A DNA stretch of 64,000 bases from an uncultured Verrucomicrobiae bacterium (GTDB lineage: Bacteria > Verrucomicrobiota > Verrucomicrobiia > Chthoniobacterales > UBA10450): contig CAVTMK010000002.1 of assembly GCA_963735805.1 (NCBI GenBank), forward strand, positions 672,001 through 736,000. Reading direction: 5' to 3'. Below, one piece after another: positions 27,873 to 36,883 of the stretch (the first letter of the stretch is position 1; each line of letters begins with the position of its first letter). The notes beneath the pieces are model-generated. The model was not told where the DNA came from. It ran no database searches and saw only the letters and a list, made by a program, of their open reading frames with translations. Position numbers and translations under genes: made by a program.

Positions 27873-28484
27873 ATGATTTCTATTCAGAAACGTTTTCTGT
27901 TCGTTCACATTCCAAAGACGGCCGGGAATTCGATTCAGAGCGTCCTGCGCGATTACTCTGAGGATGAATTAGTGGCTTTGCGTAGTGAGCAGGACGGGGT
28001 GGAGCGCTTTGGGCTGCGCAATCCGAAGTACAAAATTAAGAAACACTCAACGCTGGCCGAGTACCGTGTCGCCCTCGGAGAAACGCAATTTAGCAACCTC
28101 TACAAGTTCACCTGCGTACGCAATCCATGGGACCGGATGGTTTCCTATTATTTCACGCCGACACAAAACACGGCCGCGTGGAATCGGAAGAAATTCAGGA
28201 CGATTATTGTTAAAGCTTTGTCGGCCGCGGAATACCTCGGGTTGAATCAGGACAAAGAAGATCCGTTCCAAAACGTTAATTACATCATGCGCTTTGAGAA
28301 TCTTGTGGACGATTTTCGAATCGTCTGTCGGACGTTAGACATCTCGCCGGCAACCCTGCCGCAGTATAACCGATCTAACCGGGAACATTATTCAAGCTAC
28401 TACGACGACGAGCTTCGTGAGTTAGTGCGCGCGCGGTTTGCCGCAGAGATCGAGCGTTTTGGCTATACCTTCGAGCGCCGATAA
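27873..28484 (+). CDS. Sulfotransferase family 2 protein
   Basis: FVHIPKTAGNS; VRNPWDRMVS; RFENL. Confidence 0.88.
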   Translation: MISIQKRFLFVHIPKTAGNSIQSVLRDYSEDELVALRSEQDGVERFGLRNPKYKIKKHSTLAEYRVALGETQFSNLYKFTCVRNPWDRMVSYYFTPTQNTAAWNRKKFRTIIVKALSAAEYLGLNQDKEDPFQNVNYIMRFENLVDDFRIVCRTLDISPATLPQYNRSNREHYSSYYDDELRELVRARFAAEIERFGYTFERR

Positions 28485-28487
28485 GAA

Positions 28488-29225
28488 CTAGAGCTTTCCC
28501 AGGGTCATGTATTCGCCATCCGGCTGGCGAAACCATTCCGGTAACTCAATCCCTGCCGCGATCATGCTCTCGTAGCAATTCTGCGTGATCACACCTCGCC
28601 GGGTGCTCTCTCCAAAAACTGCGAAATTTTCCTTGGTCACGAACAGCCGGTGTTCGGACAACTTTGGGACGTCGTTTTTCAGGTCATCCATTGCTTTTGC
28701 GCTGGGAATATGGTCCGGCAAATGGGCGAACAGGTGCCGGAGGACTTTGGCGCGCAGGATTTGATGAATCCATATCTGGAACCAGGCTTTTCGCTCAAAG
28801 TAAACATCGCCAAATGGATTCCTAATCTTGCGCCGGTAGAGTGTCAGTTTTGGGTTAGTAAGAGTTGCCCTGCATCTACAAAACAAAAGACCGTCTACGT
28901 CCGGTGAGCGTATGGCGTGAGAAATCAGGCTCGCGATTTTATCGGTGACGAGTTGGATGGGGTATTTGTCGTCGATGCACCAATAAATCCATTCTTCATC
29001 GTCGATCTCCGTCAGCAGACGCAGAATAGTCCCCTTAATGTCCGACGGCGCCGTGAGATATTTGACCTGTTCGGTGTCAGTACCGCCAAGCTCCTGATAA
29101 GGAACATGGAAAACGAACGGATGATCCGGCCATAGCCGGTGATATTGAAAAATCATGTGTTCTGTGATTGCTCGATAGCGATCACAAGTGAGCACAATCG
29201 CTTTAATTTTATCCGGCGAACTCAT
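28488..29225 (-). CDS. Hypothetical protein, possible GT-A glycosyltransferase
   Basis: Long ORF coupled to a sulfotransferase; beta-strand followed by WCIDDKY acidic motif. Confidence 0.6.
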   Translation of the reverse strand: MSSPDKIKAIVLTCDRYRAITEHMIFQYHRLWPDHPFVFHVPYQELGGTDTEQVKYLTAPSDIKGTILRLLTEIDDEEWIYWCIDDKYPIQLVTDKIASLISHAIRSPDVDGLLFCRCRATLTNPKLTLYRRKIRNPFGDVYFERKAWFQIWIHQILRAKVLRHLFAHLPDHIPSAKAMDDLKNDVPKLSEHRLFVTKENFAVFGESTRRGVITQNCYESMIAAGIELPEWFRQPDGEYMTLGKL

Positions 29226-29853
29226 AGCCAAACCGCTCTATATCGACTTTGAACCTGTTCGCGATGATATCCCTGGTTCGCGGCGTGTAATATTCAGCGT
29301 AATGGCGCGTCCGTGGATTTTCTCTCCGATGCGGCAGCTTCTCGCTCACCCCCAGCTTTTTCGCCACAAAAGCCCAGTCTTCGTCGAGTCGCTCGAATTT
29401 TCCAATGAAGTCGGCTAGCACATTCCCATTTGGATCGACAAACCAATCCAGTTGGTAACGGTGCGGGGATGAGTGAACGCAGGTAGCGCTGCTGTATTGA
29501 ATCCAGTCGACGAACTCGTCGAACGTCATTTTGTCTCTCAGTTGTAGCGCCTCGGTGCGTTCATAAAGAGAGACAACCCGGTCCCACGGGTTGCGGACGA
29601 ATCCGAATTTGAAGTAAGTCTCGAATTGCTTGCCTCCGATTTCCGTCCGGCGCTTTTCGGGAAGTAACAAATACAGAGACCCAAGAATGCGATTCTTTCT
29701 TCCCCCGTAGTGCGTCCAATACGTCTCCATCTGGTTCTTGATCTGCCAGAGATTCAGATGTGGTTTCCAAGCCTTGCCCAGAATCGCTCTGACACTGGTC
29801 GAGCCTGTCTTGGGCACTTCTACAAAAATGCATCTGTATTTGTGAGAGATCAC
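29209..29853 (-). CDS. Sulfotransferase family 2 protein
   Basis: FVEVPKTGSTS; VRNPWDRVVS; GTG start at 29853 (the longer ORF runs into the tRNA). Confidence 0.88.
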   Translation of the reverse strand: MISHKYRCIFVEVPKTGSTSVRAILGKAWKPHLNLWQIKNQMETYWTHYGGRKNRILGSLYLLLPEKRRTEIGGKQFETYFKFGFVRNPWDRVVSLYERTEALQLRDKMTFDEFVDWIQYSSATCVHSSPHRYQLDWFVDPNGNVLADFIGKFERLDEDWAFVAKKLGVSEKLPHRRENPRTRHYAEYYTPRTRDIIANRFKVDIERFGYEFAG

Positions 29854-29891
29854 TTCGCTTACGGGATGAAAGTATGGGAGCGACAAAATAA

Positions 29892-29964
29892 TGGGTCGGC
29901 CGGGACTCGAACCCGGAACCAACGCCTTAAAAGGGCGCTGCTCTACCAATTGAGCTACCGACCC
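29892..29964 (-). tRNA. tRNA-Lys(TTT), CCA not encoded
   Basis: GGGTCGGTAGCTCAATTGGTAGAGC...CTTTTAA loop...GGTTCGAGTCCCGGCCGACCCA cloverleaf. Confidence 0.96.
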
Positions 29965-29978
29965 GCCGCCGGAAAAGT

Positions 29979-30007
29979 TTTCTAATCCAGATCACGCGCT
30001 GTCGCAA
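29979..30007 (-). promoter_or_regulatory. Sigma70-like promoter for tRNA-Lys
   Basis: TTGCGA-17 bp-TAGAAA, 14 bp upstream of the tRNA 5' end. Confidence 0.5.
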
Positions 30008-30010
30008 GAT

Positions 30011-30067
30011 TGTAGGGCGGGTGCGTCACGTGGCAATAAGACGGGCAGGCGGAGCGCTTGTCCTACA
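30011..30067. repeat. GTAG-family REP pair (GTAGGGC type); right arm contains the HAD gene stop
   Basis: TGTAGGGCGGGTGCG...GGCGGAGCGCTTGTCCTACA; compare 56855. Confidence 0.8.
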
Positions 30068-30728
30068 ATTTCAACATCGTAACCAGATCGCGCAGCGAAT
30101 TCTTGGGTCTCTCCAATCGAAAGACCGACAAACCAGCCTGAGTAGCAGCTTGCCAATCCCGTTCTGGGTCGTCGCCAACATGAAGCACCTCGTTCGGTCT
30201 CAAACCGATTATTTTTAAGGCGCACAGATAAATCTCTGGATCCGGTTTGTCCGCTCCGATTTCGCTGGAAATGAAAATATGTGCAAAAAACTTCGAGATA
30301 CCGAGATGCTGCAGAATGAGCCGCAAACGACCGTCGAAATTTGAGATTACAGCGAGTCGAAACCGCGTCTGCAGTTGTTGCAGCACAGCAGGAACCTCCG
30401 GGTAAAGTTCCCAAACATCGGACTCGGCAAAATGTTCGTAAGCGATTTCGAAAAAATTATCCCGATCTAATTCACTCAACGAGGGACTGACCTGTGCGAG
30501 GACTATGTCGACAAGCTCGCGCCACCAGACTTTGTCATCGTTCTCTCGTGGGCCGGCGATCGCAGCGCGTCGCGGCATTTTCTTCCAAGCCAAATGAAAC
30601 GCGTCATCGAGTTGCTGTGCGTCGAGCGTAAGGCCTACCTGTTTTCCCACCTGTGCGTAGTGGTGGCCGACGGTTCCGTTCAGATAAAACAGCGTCCCCG
30701 CAGCGTCGAAAAAGATTGCCCGGATCAT
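30063..30728 (-). CDS. HAD-IA hydrolase (REG-2/HDHD3-like)
   Basis: FFDAAGTL, ISNFD, KPDP and HVGD motifs. Confidence 0.92.
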   Translation of the reverse strand: MIRAIFFDAAGTLFYLNGTVGHHYAQVGKQVGLTLDAQQLDDAFHLAWKKMPRRAAIAGPRENDDKVWWRELVDIVLAQVSPSLSELDRDNFFEIAYEHFAESDVWELYPEVPAVLQQLQTRFRLAVISNFDGRLRLILQHLGISKFFAHIFISSEIGADKPDPEIYLCALKIIGLRPNEVLHVGDDPERDWQAATQAGLSVFRLERPKNSLRDLVTMLKL

Positions 30729-30856
30729 TCCACCAAACGTTCAATGCCCAAGCCCGACTTGGCAACGTTAGGGCCGACTAACCGTTTCAACGTTTCGACT
30801 TCACGACAGTCGGGTCGATGCCGTGCCGTCTGACCAATGTGTGCCATAATTCAGTG

Positions 30857-31957
30857 ATGCTGCCGATCGAACATGACGATCCAATCAATGCCCGGATTTT
30901 ATCGATTTCGGAGGACAAAATCGAAGGATTCGTCCGGGAACCGTTTGAGGAAATCGCGAAACGTTCGGGTCTAAGTGTGGATGTGGTCATTGCGCGGATT
31001 GAGGCGATGTTGCGCGCGGGCACGATCCGACGCGTCCGACAAACTTTGCTTGCAACGAATCTGGCCGAGGGCGCCTTGGTGGCCTGGAAAGTTCCCGAGG
31101 ACGACATCGACACTGCCTTCGACTGGATGTTTCACCACGATCCCTTTTCGGGGCACGTTGTGCTGCGTTCCACGGAGACCGTCAGTGCCGGTTCTGATTA
31201 CAAACTTTGGACTACAGTGAAGGTCCCGCGGGGATTTTCATTGGAAGCGCATTGCCAGTTACTGGCAAAAAAAGTCGGGGCTGAACGTTTTCGACTTATG
31301 CCAGCAAAAGGAATCTTCACTCTCGGAGTAGGACACGTTCGCCGGAAGAAAATCGAGCCAGGTAGTAAGGCTGATCAGCCGGCAAAAATGGTTCCAGTGC
31401 AGATCGTCAATTTGAGTGACCGCCAATGGGATGTCCTGGTCGCGCTGAAGCGTGAATTTGCTCCGGAAGAGATCAGACCGTCGCCATGGGTTGCCCGAGC
31501 AAACGAAGCCGATGTCTCAGTCGAAGAATTCTTTCGCGTGGCGGAAGATCTAAATGGGCAAAGAATCATCGGGCGCTTTTCAACTTTTCTGGAACATGTC
31601 AAGCCTTCGGCGGGTGGTGTGCGCGTTACTCGATTTAACGCGCTGTTTCATTGGGCGGTTCCGCAAGGTCGTGAAATTGAAGCGGGCGGCGAAGTCGGCC
31701 GTCACCACATCTTGACCCATTGCTACTGGCGCGAAGCCGGGCCGGAATTTAAACACGTCAACATCATGGCCGTGGCCCACGGCACTGATAAGCAAATATT
31801 GCTCGATCATAAAGCAGCTATCGACCGACATCTTCACTCCAAAGATATCCCGGTCTCGTACACAAATGTTTTTTGGGGTGGGCGCAGCGAGATCAAGCCG
31901 TCGGAAATTTCGCCGCAAATCTACCGCGATTGGCTCTCACGGCAGTTGAAAGGTTAG
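30857..31957 (+). CDS. Two-domain Lrp/AsnC-fold protein, siroheme decarboxylase (AhbA/B, NirDL)-like
   Basis: Two tandem HTH+RAM-like halves; THCYWR resembles the AhbB HCYxR motif. Confidence 0.65.
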   Translation: MLPIEHDDPINARILSISEDKIEGFVREPFEEIAKRSGLSVDVVIARIEAMLRAGTIRRVRQTLLATNLAEGALVAWKVPEDDIDTAFDWMFHHDPFSGHVVLRSTETVSAGSDYKLWTTVKVPRGFSLEAHCQLLAKKVGAERFRLMPAKGIFTLGVGHVRRKKIEPGSKADQPAKMVPVQIVNLSDRQWDVLVALKREFAPEEIRPSPWVARANEADVSVEEFFRVAEDLNGQRIIGRFSTFLEHVKPSAGGVRVTRFNALFHWAVPQGREIEAGGEVGRHHILTHCYWREAGPEFKHVNIMAVAHGTDKQILLDHKAAIDRHLHSKDIPVSYTNVFWGGRSEIKPSEISPQIYRDWLSRQLKG

Positions 31958-31963
31958 CGAGTC

Positions 31964-32032
31964 GTAGGCGGCGGTGTTGTCTGCGGCAGGGTCGGGGATG
32001 TGGACGAACCGACGTCAGCGCCCTTGGCTACA
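31964..32032. repeat. Degenerate GTAG-family REP pair; right arm contains the birA stop
   Basis: GTAGGCGGCGGTG...GCGCCCTTGGCTACA. Confidence 0.6.
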
Positions 32033-32642
32033 GTCCCGTGCTCGCAAATTTTTCCCAATAAGTTCGGTCCAGGTTGCGCAAGAGAACGATCGCAAAACTT
32101 TGCCGATCGACTGGTTTGCCAAGCGCCGTCGCCAGAGAAATGGCTGTGGGTTGCAATGCTTTCGGAAAATCTTCGCGAGACTGATTCATATTGACCCCGA
32201 TACCGGCGACAGCCAGATGCGGTGCTTTCTCCCGTGCCCGCATCTCTACCAGGACGCCGGCGACCTTTCGCCCATCGATTTGCACATCGTTTGGAGGTTT
32301 AATGGTAGGCGTGAGAGAAAATTCGCTTTGCATTGCACCGGCGATGGCTTCGGCCGCCCAGGTAGTGAGTCGCGGTGAACTCGCGAGGTCGATCTTCGGT
32401 TGTAAAAGAATTGAAAACCAGAGTCCCTTTCCGGCTGCCGATTCCCACCGATTGCCGTGCTGACCGCGCCCGGCGGTTTGATGTTCGGCGAAGACAACCA
32501 AACCCTCCTTTGGATTCGCGTTTGCGATTTGCAAAATCGCATCGTTAGTCGAGCCAGTTCGCTCGAGAACGATGATCTCCCGGCCGATTACGACGCTGCC
32601 GAGGTCGGCCTGCAATTCCTCAGCGATCAGCCGGTCTACCAT
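32028..32642 (-). CDS. birA: Biotin-protein ligase (no HTH, short C-terminus)
   Basis: STN, AEHQTAGRG, KPPND, KVAGVL and GIGVN motifs. Confidence 0.92.
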   Translation of the reverse strand: MVDRLIAEELQADLGSVVIGREIIVLERTGSTNDAILQIANANPKEGLVVFAEHQTAGRGQHGNRWESAAGKGLWFSILLQPKIDLASSPRLTTWAAEAIAGAMQSEFSLTPTIKPPNDVQIDGRKVAGVLVEMRAREKAPHLAVAGIGVNMNQSREDFPKALQPTAISLATALGKPVDRQSFAIVLLRNLDRTYWEKFASTGL

Positions 32643-32651
32643 CCTTAAGTC

Positions 32652-33500
32652 TCAACCGGGAACCTGAGTCATTTCCAAACTCATATCGATAGCGCGCGCG
32701 GCGTTCGTAAGGCCGCCGATGGAAATGTAATCGACTCCCGTCGCTGCGATGCGCTTCACGTTTTTTAGAGTGATACCGCCGCTTGCTTCAAACTTGATAT
32801 TGTCCCTCCTTAAGGCGATGGCCTCTCGAATCTGCGCGGGGGCCATGTTGTCGAGAAGGATGACGTCAATGCCATCAACTTCAGCAAAGGCGCGCGCTTG
32901 CTCAAGATCATCAGCCTCCACTTCGATTCGGATGTTTGGTCGCTCCTGACGAAGCTGACGAATGCGATCGGCAAAGCTGGAAAGGCCTCCAAAGGTGGCG
33001 AGGTGATTGTCCTTCACGAGTACCATGTCGTATAAGCCAAAGCGATGATTAACCCCGCCTCCCGCGACCACTGCGGCCTTTTCCAAGGCTCGCAATCCGG
33101 GCGCAGTTTTGCGTGTATCTAGAATCTTGGCTGGATGGTTTCCAACGGCATCAACAAATTGGCGCGTAAGGGTAGCGATACCGCAGAGACGCTGCAGAAA
33201 ATTCAGCGCGACGCGTTCCGCCTTCAAAATCGAGCGCGCCAGACCGCGCACTTCGATGATAAGGTCGCCAGCGACAACTTCTGCGCCATCTAGTCGAATA
33301 ATCTGGATATCGATGGAAGGATCGACACGCCGAAAAACTTCGGCTGCGGCTCCCGTGCCGGCTACGATGGCATTTTCACGCGCGGTGATGCGTCCGCTTG
33401 CGTGGAGGGTTTCTGGGACGAAAAAATCAGTCGTAATATCACCTTCACCGATGTCCTCCTTGAGAGCCGCTTCAATCGGATCGTAACGCTCTGGTTTCAT
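32652..33500 (-). CDS. nadC: Nicotinate-nucleotide diphosphorylase (carboxylating)
   Basis: AERVALNFL, DTRKT, HRFGL, KDNH and EASGGI motifs. Confidence 0.96.
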   Translation of the reverse strand: MKPERYDPIEAALKEDIGEGDITTDFFVPETLHASGRITARENAIVAGTGAAAEVFRRVDPSIDIQIIRLDGAEVVAGDLIIEVRGLARSILKAERVALNFLQRLCGIATLTRQFVDAVGNHPAKILDTRKTAPGLRALEKAAVVAGGGVNHRFGLYDMVLVKDNHLATFGGLSSFADRIRQLRQERPNIRIEVEADDLEQARAFAEVDGIDVILLDNMAPAQIREAIALRRDNIKFEASGGITLKNVKRIAATGVDYISIGGLTNAARAIDMSLEMTQVPG

Positions 33501-33687
33501 AGAAGTTGCTGAGCACTGGTGGATCATCCGGATTCAAACGTCCGCCGGCAGAGCGAAGAACGATAAGCGCGAAATCCAAACCCGTCTATCGACTCACCAG
33601 TGGCAGGCGTGTGGCTCGGGATGCCTCGGAAGAGCGAGATATGAGCAAAAGCGTCGAATAGACGGCAGCTTAAATGGACAAAAAGAT

Positions 33688-33765
33688 AAAAAAAGATTCG
33701 GGCAGCGCACGTTAAGGAGAAACAACGAATATAAGAAACGTGCAACCACCCGAATCGCCTTAACC
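33688..33765 (-). ncRNA. Candidate small RNA or terminator hairpin with pyrimidine-rich anti-SD loop
   Basis: Minus strand GATTCGGG..GCACGTT-[23-nt loop with TTTCTCCTT]-AACGTGC..CCCGAATC followed by T7. Confidence 0.45.
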
Positions 33766-33877
33766 TGTTGAGTTTGACACTTGGTAGGGACGCACGTTCA
33801 AGTTTTTTACGAAAAATCCGTGTCAGGCGTTACTAAATGGAAGTCAGGCAGTTATAAACGCCTTTACCCGCCGGCAC

Positions 33878-34792
33878 TTACAGGAGGTTCGGCTGCGCAT
33901 CACTCCCGAGTCGCCCCGCCTCGTCGCGAACTTCCTGGAGCAACGATTTGAATTCACACTGCTCCAGCGAACGGATCAGATTCGGATAATCGGGCTTGAT
34001 CCGAAGCTGATCGATTGGCACCGGCAATTCCAGATGGCAATCCAAGTCAACCATCTTCCGGTTTTCCAAAATTTGCTCACGTGAATTCATAAGTTTCTCC
34101 CGGGCGCGTGTGCTTTTCACCTTGTCGACGTTGGCTAGCAATACATCGAGTCCGCCGAATTCACGAATTAGCGCTGCGGCGGTTTTTCGCCCCAGGCCGA
34201 CGCCAGGGATGTTATCGACGGAATCGCCGGCCAGTGCCAGAACGTCGCCGATAAGATTCGGCGAAACCTCCCATTTCGCAGCGACATGTTCTTCGCTTAG
34301 CAAGGCGAACGCATCCTTTGGTGAAGCAAGGTCCGCTTTCGCCGTGGTATAAACTTTTACGCAGGGACCCACCAACTGGTACAAATCCTTGTCATTTGTT
34401 GCGAGTACAACTTCCATTTCGGGGCGCTTGCAGGCGGCTATCGCATAACAACCCATCAGGTCGTCGGCCTCCGTGTTTGGGAGCGAGATATTCCGAAACC
34501 CCAGCAATGCAGTTAGCGTTTCCTGGATGAATTGTAGCTGTGGGACCATCGGTTTGGGCATTTCTTTGCGCGTCTCCTTGTAGGCGGGCTGCAGCTTCAC
34601 CCGGCGTTCCGGCATTCCTTCATCCCAAAAAACTGCACCCAATTCCGGTTGCAAATGCTTAATCATGAGGCGCAACGTTTTTGTGAAGCCGAAAATCGCG
34701 TTGGTCGGTTCGCCTTTGGAATTCGAGAGATTCGGGATAGCAAAAAATGAGCGATAAACGTAATAGTGGCCATCGATAAGCAGTAGTTTCAT
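33878..34792 (-). CDS. Stand-alone 5'-3' exonuclease (Pol I N-terminal / flap endonuclease-like)
   Basis: LIDG, YKETR, EADD, DKDLYQ and GDSVDNIPGVG H3TH motifs; no polymerase domain. Confidence 0.93.
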   Translation of the reverse strand: MKLLLIDGHYYVYRSFFAIPNLSNSKGEPTNAIFGFTKTLRLMIKHLQPELGAVFWDEGMPERRVKLQPAYKETRKEMPKPMVPQLQFIQETLTALLGFRNISLPNTEADDLMGCYAIAACKRPEMEVVLATNDKDLYQLVGPCVKVYTTAKADLASPKDAFALLSEEHVAAKWEVSPNLIGDVLALAGDSVDNIPGVGLGRKTAAALIREFGGLDVLLANVDKVKSTRAREKLMNSREQILENRKMVDLDCHLELPVPIDQLRIKPDYPNLIRSLEQCEFKSLLQEVRDEAGRLGSDAQPNLL

Positions 34793-34822
34793 CGTAAAAG
34801 GCTGGTACTGGATTCTGAATGC

Positions 34823-35965
34823 ATGATACGGGATGATCAAGGTGTGACCGAAGAATGGATCGTACGCGTTGATGGCAGAGAATATGGACCTGCCAATATC
34901 GACATACTGCGTGAGTGGAAAGAGGAAGGCAGAGTGCTTGCCGCAAACGAAGCTCGCCGCGCAGACGCTGAGCTGTGGATGTTGGCGGCGGAGATCCCCG
35001 GATTATTCGATGTAAAGGCGCTAACCACAGCCCATGCCCTGCAGCCAATCCCATCGACAAGTTCAGAAGACGCTCCGCCGTGGCTACCGGCTCGCAGCCT
35101 GGGTCAGATTTTAGCCGAGACGGTTCGGATTTATGCCAAAGGCTTTCTTCAATTCCTTCCCCTCACTCTTTTGGTAGTTTTGCCTTCGATGTGCGGGCAA
35201 CTGGCCGCCCTTTGGACGCAGACTGGCAAGACCTCGGATGCTGATCTGCGCGTTCTCGCTGCGGGGGGATTTGCTTTTTTGATGTTTATCTTCTCGATGG
35301 CGATGTGGCCTGTTTATCTGGCAGGGATTCAAATCTTCACTGCCGAAATTATGGCTGGGCGCCGCCCAGGATTTTTCGTTGCGCTCAACGACGCTGTCCG
35401 GTTTTGGCCACGAGTCGCGTCGCTATGCGTCTTCGTCTACGGCATTTTCTTCTTGCTGACCGTGTTTGCGTTGCTGATCGCAGGAATGGTTATTGCCGGA
35501 GCATCGTCGGTCTTTGTGATCTTTCTCGCGCTAGCTCTCCTGATCCTGCAGGTTTGGATGTTTGGTCGTTTCTTTATCAATGTGCTCTTTTGGCAGCAGT
35601 TTGCGGTGCTCGAAAATGCAGGAGTCATCGATTCGCTGCGCGAAAGTCGAAATCTGGCGCGTAGCGGGCGCGAGCTTCCGTGGTTTCAACGGCCGGCGTG
35701 GCGCGGAGCTTTCATTGCATCTCTCTGGTTTGCGTTTGTTCTGGCAATAGCGCTGTTCTCGGGGTGGACGACGTTACAACATTCTTTTAATGACTTAATG
35801 ACAACACAGGACCCCCAAGCGATGCTCCAGAAACTGACAGAAACCCAGCATGCGCACGGTTTTGACGTTTCAAGCTTTGCCCTGGGCCTTTTGCAAAAAA
35901 TTCTTCAACCCCTGGTCGGAATCGCGTTTGTCATCCTCTTCATTGATAGTCGAAGAGAACGGTAG
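34823..35965 (+). CDS. Membrane protein with N-terminal GYF_2 (DUF4339)-like domain
   Basis: WIVRVDGREYGP motif; several TM helices. Confidence 0.7.
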   Translation: MIRDDQGVTEEWIVRVDGREYGPANIDILREWKEEGRVLAANEARRADAELWMLAAEIPGLFDVKALTTAHALQPIPSTSSEDAPPWLPARSLGQILAETVRIYAKGFLQFLPLTLLVVLPSMCGQLAALWTQTGKTSDADLRVLAAGGFAFLMFIFSMAMWPVYLAGIQIFTAEIMAGRRPGFFVALNDAVRFWPRVASLCVFVYGIFFLLTVFALLIAGMVIAGASSVFVIFLALALLILQVWMFGRFFINVLFWQQFAVLENAGVIDSLRESRNLARSGRELPWFQRPAWRGAFIASLWFAFVLAIALFSGWTTLQHSFNDLMTTQDPQAMLQKLTETQHAHGFDVSSFALGLLQKILQPLVGIAFVILFIDSRRER

Positions 35966-36033
35966 CAGCTGTGCAACTGCAACAGCGCAAACCGGCTCGG
36001 ATTGCATCAATTTCGGGGACTACCCCGACCTGC

Positions 36034-36723
36034 TCAATCGGCCTGTCGGCTCTGCAAGAGAAGTTGCGCAATCCTGCTAAAGTGACGGCCAATATAAGTA
36101 AGATAAGCGATAAACGAAACCAGTTGAGCGGTGATTAACCAAACGTGGGCGCCGCGAGTAATGAATAAGTCAGACCGGAGCCAAATGGCGAGTGCGCAGG
36201 CGAGATTGAGGAAAAAAAGCAATGGAACGAGGAAATAAATGTTCCGCAACTGATCGGTTCTGGCACGCGCGTAAAGAGCCCGATCGGTGTCGTTACGTGC
36301 TTCTACGATGCGCGCATGAATTAGTCGCATATCGTAGATGAACAGCAGCCACACTGCGGCGGCGTAAGTGGCGCTCAGCTGGAACCACGCCAGGGGATCG
36401 TCAAGGCGACTAAAAAGGACCGCTTCGCCCAACGCACAACCGATGTAGAAGAAGTTATGCCCAAACTCCATGGGCCAGCGAATCAGCGTGAGCGTATGAA
36501 TGATCGAGCGCGACCAGAAAATAAATATCACACACAAGCCGGCGGCGACATAGGGAAACGAATCCCAGTGTCGCATCGTGAAAACCGCTCGAGCATTGTC
36601 CGTTAAGAAAAAAAGGGCCACGCCCTGAATAATGCTGGCGAGCGTGAGTTCAACGTTAATTACCAGCGTATCGAGTTCGCGGCGTCCTTCACTCTGCGGG
36701 TTCACGACGCGACTCGTAACCAT
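36034..36723 (-). CDS. Hypothetical integral membrane protein
   Basis: 229-aa ORF with ~6 hydrophobic segments. Confidence 0.7.
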   Translation of the reverse strand: MVTSRVVNPQSEGRRELDTLVINVELTLASIIQGVALFFLTDNARAVFTMRHWDSFPYVAAGLCVIFIFWSRSIIHTLTLIRWPMEFGHNFFYIGCALGEAVLFSRLDDPLAWFQLSATYAAAVWLLFIYDMRLIHARIVEARNDTDRALYARARTDQLRNIYFLVPLLFFLNLACALAIWLRSDLFITRGAHVWLITAQLVSFIAYLTYIGRHFSRIAQLLLQSRQAD

Positions 36724-36883
36724 TCGATGACCAGGATGTCAAGGCACTCGGGTCAGTTCGCCGTTTCCTAGGTGTCCCCCTGGAAAAATGGGGCGCGAAC
36801 CGAACCCCCGCGGCGTTTGATTTACCTCCGAATCTTTTCTGCTTGGCGAATCGGCGAGCGCATCGTAGTTACAGTCTCTTGAT

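Noticed and set aside
29854..29949. N-terminal extension of ORF 29209..29949
   Set aside because: It overlaps tRNA-Lys; the GTG at 29853 matches the starts of the paralogous sulfotransferases.
33524..33745. 73-aa ORF upstream of nadC
   Set aside because: No recognisable motif, and it runs through a hairpin plus U-tract; the region is better explained as structured RNA.
36740..36883. LexA box upstream of recA
   Set aside because: No convincing palindromic operator found by eye.
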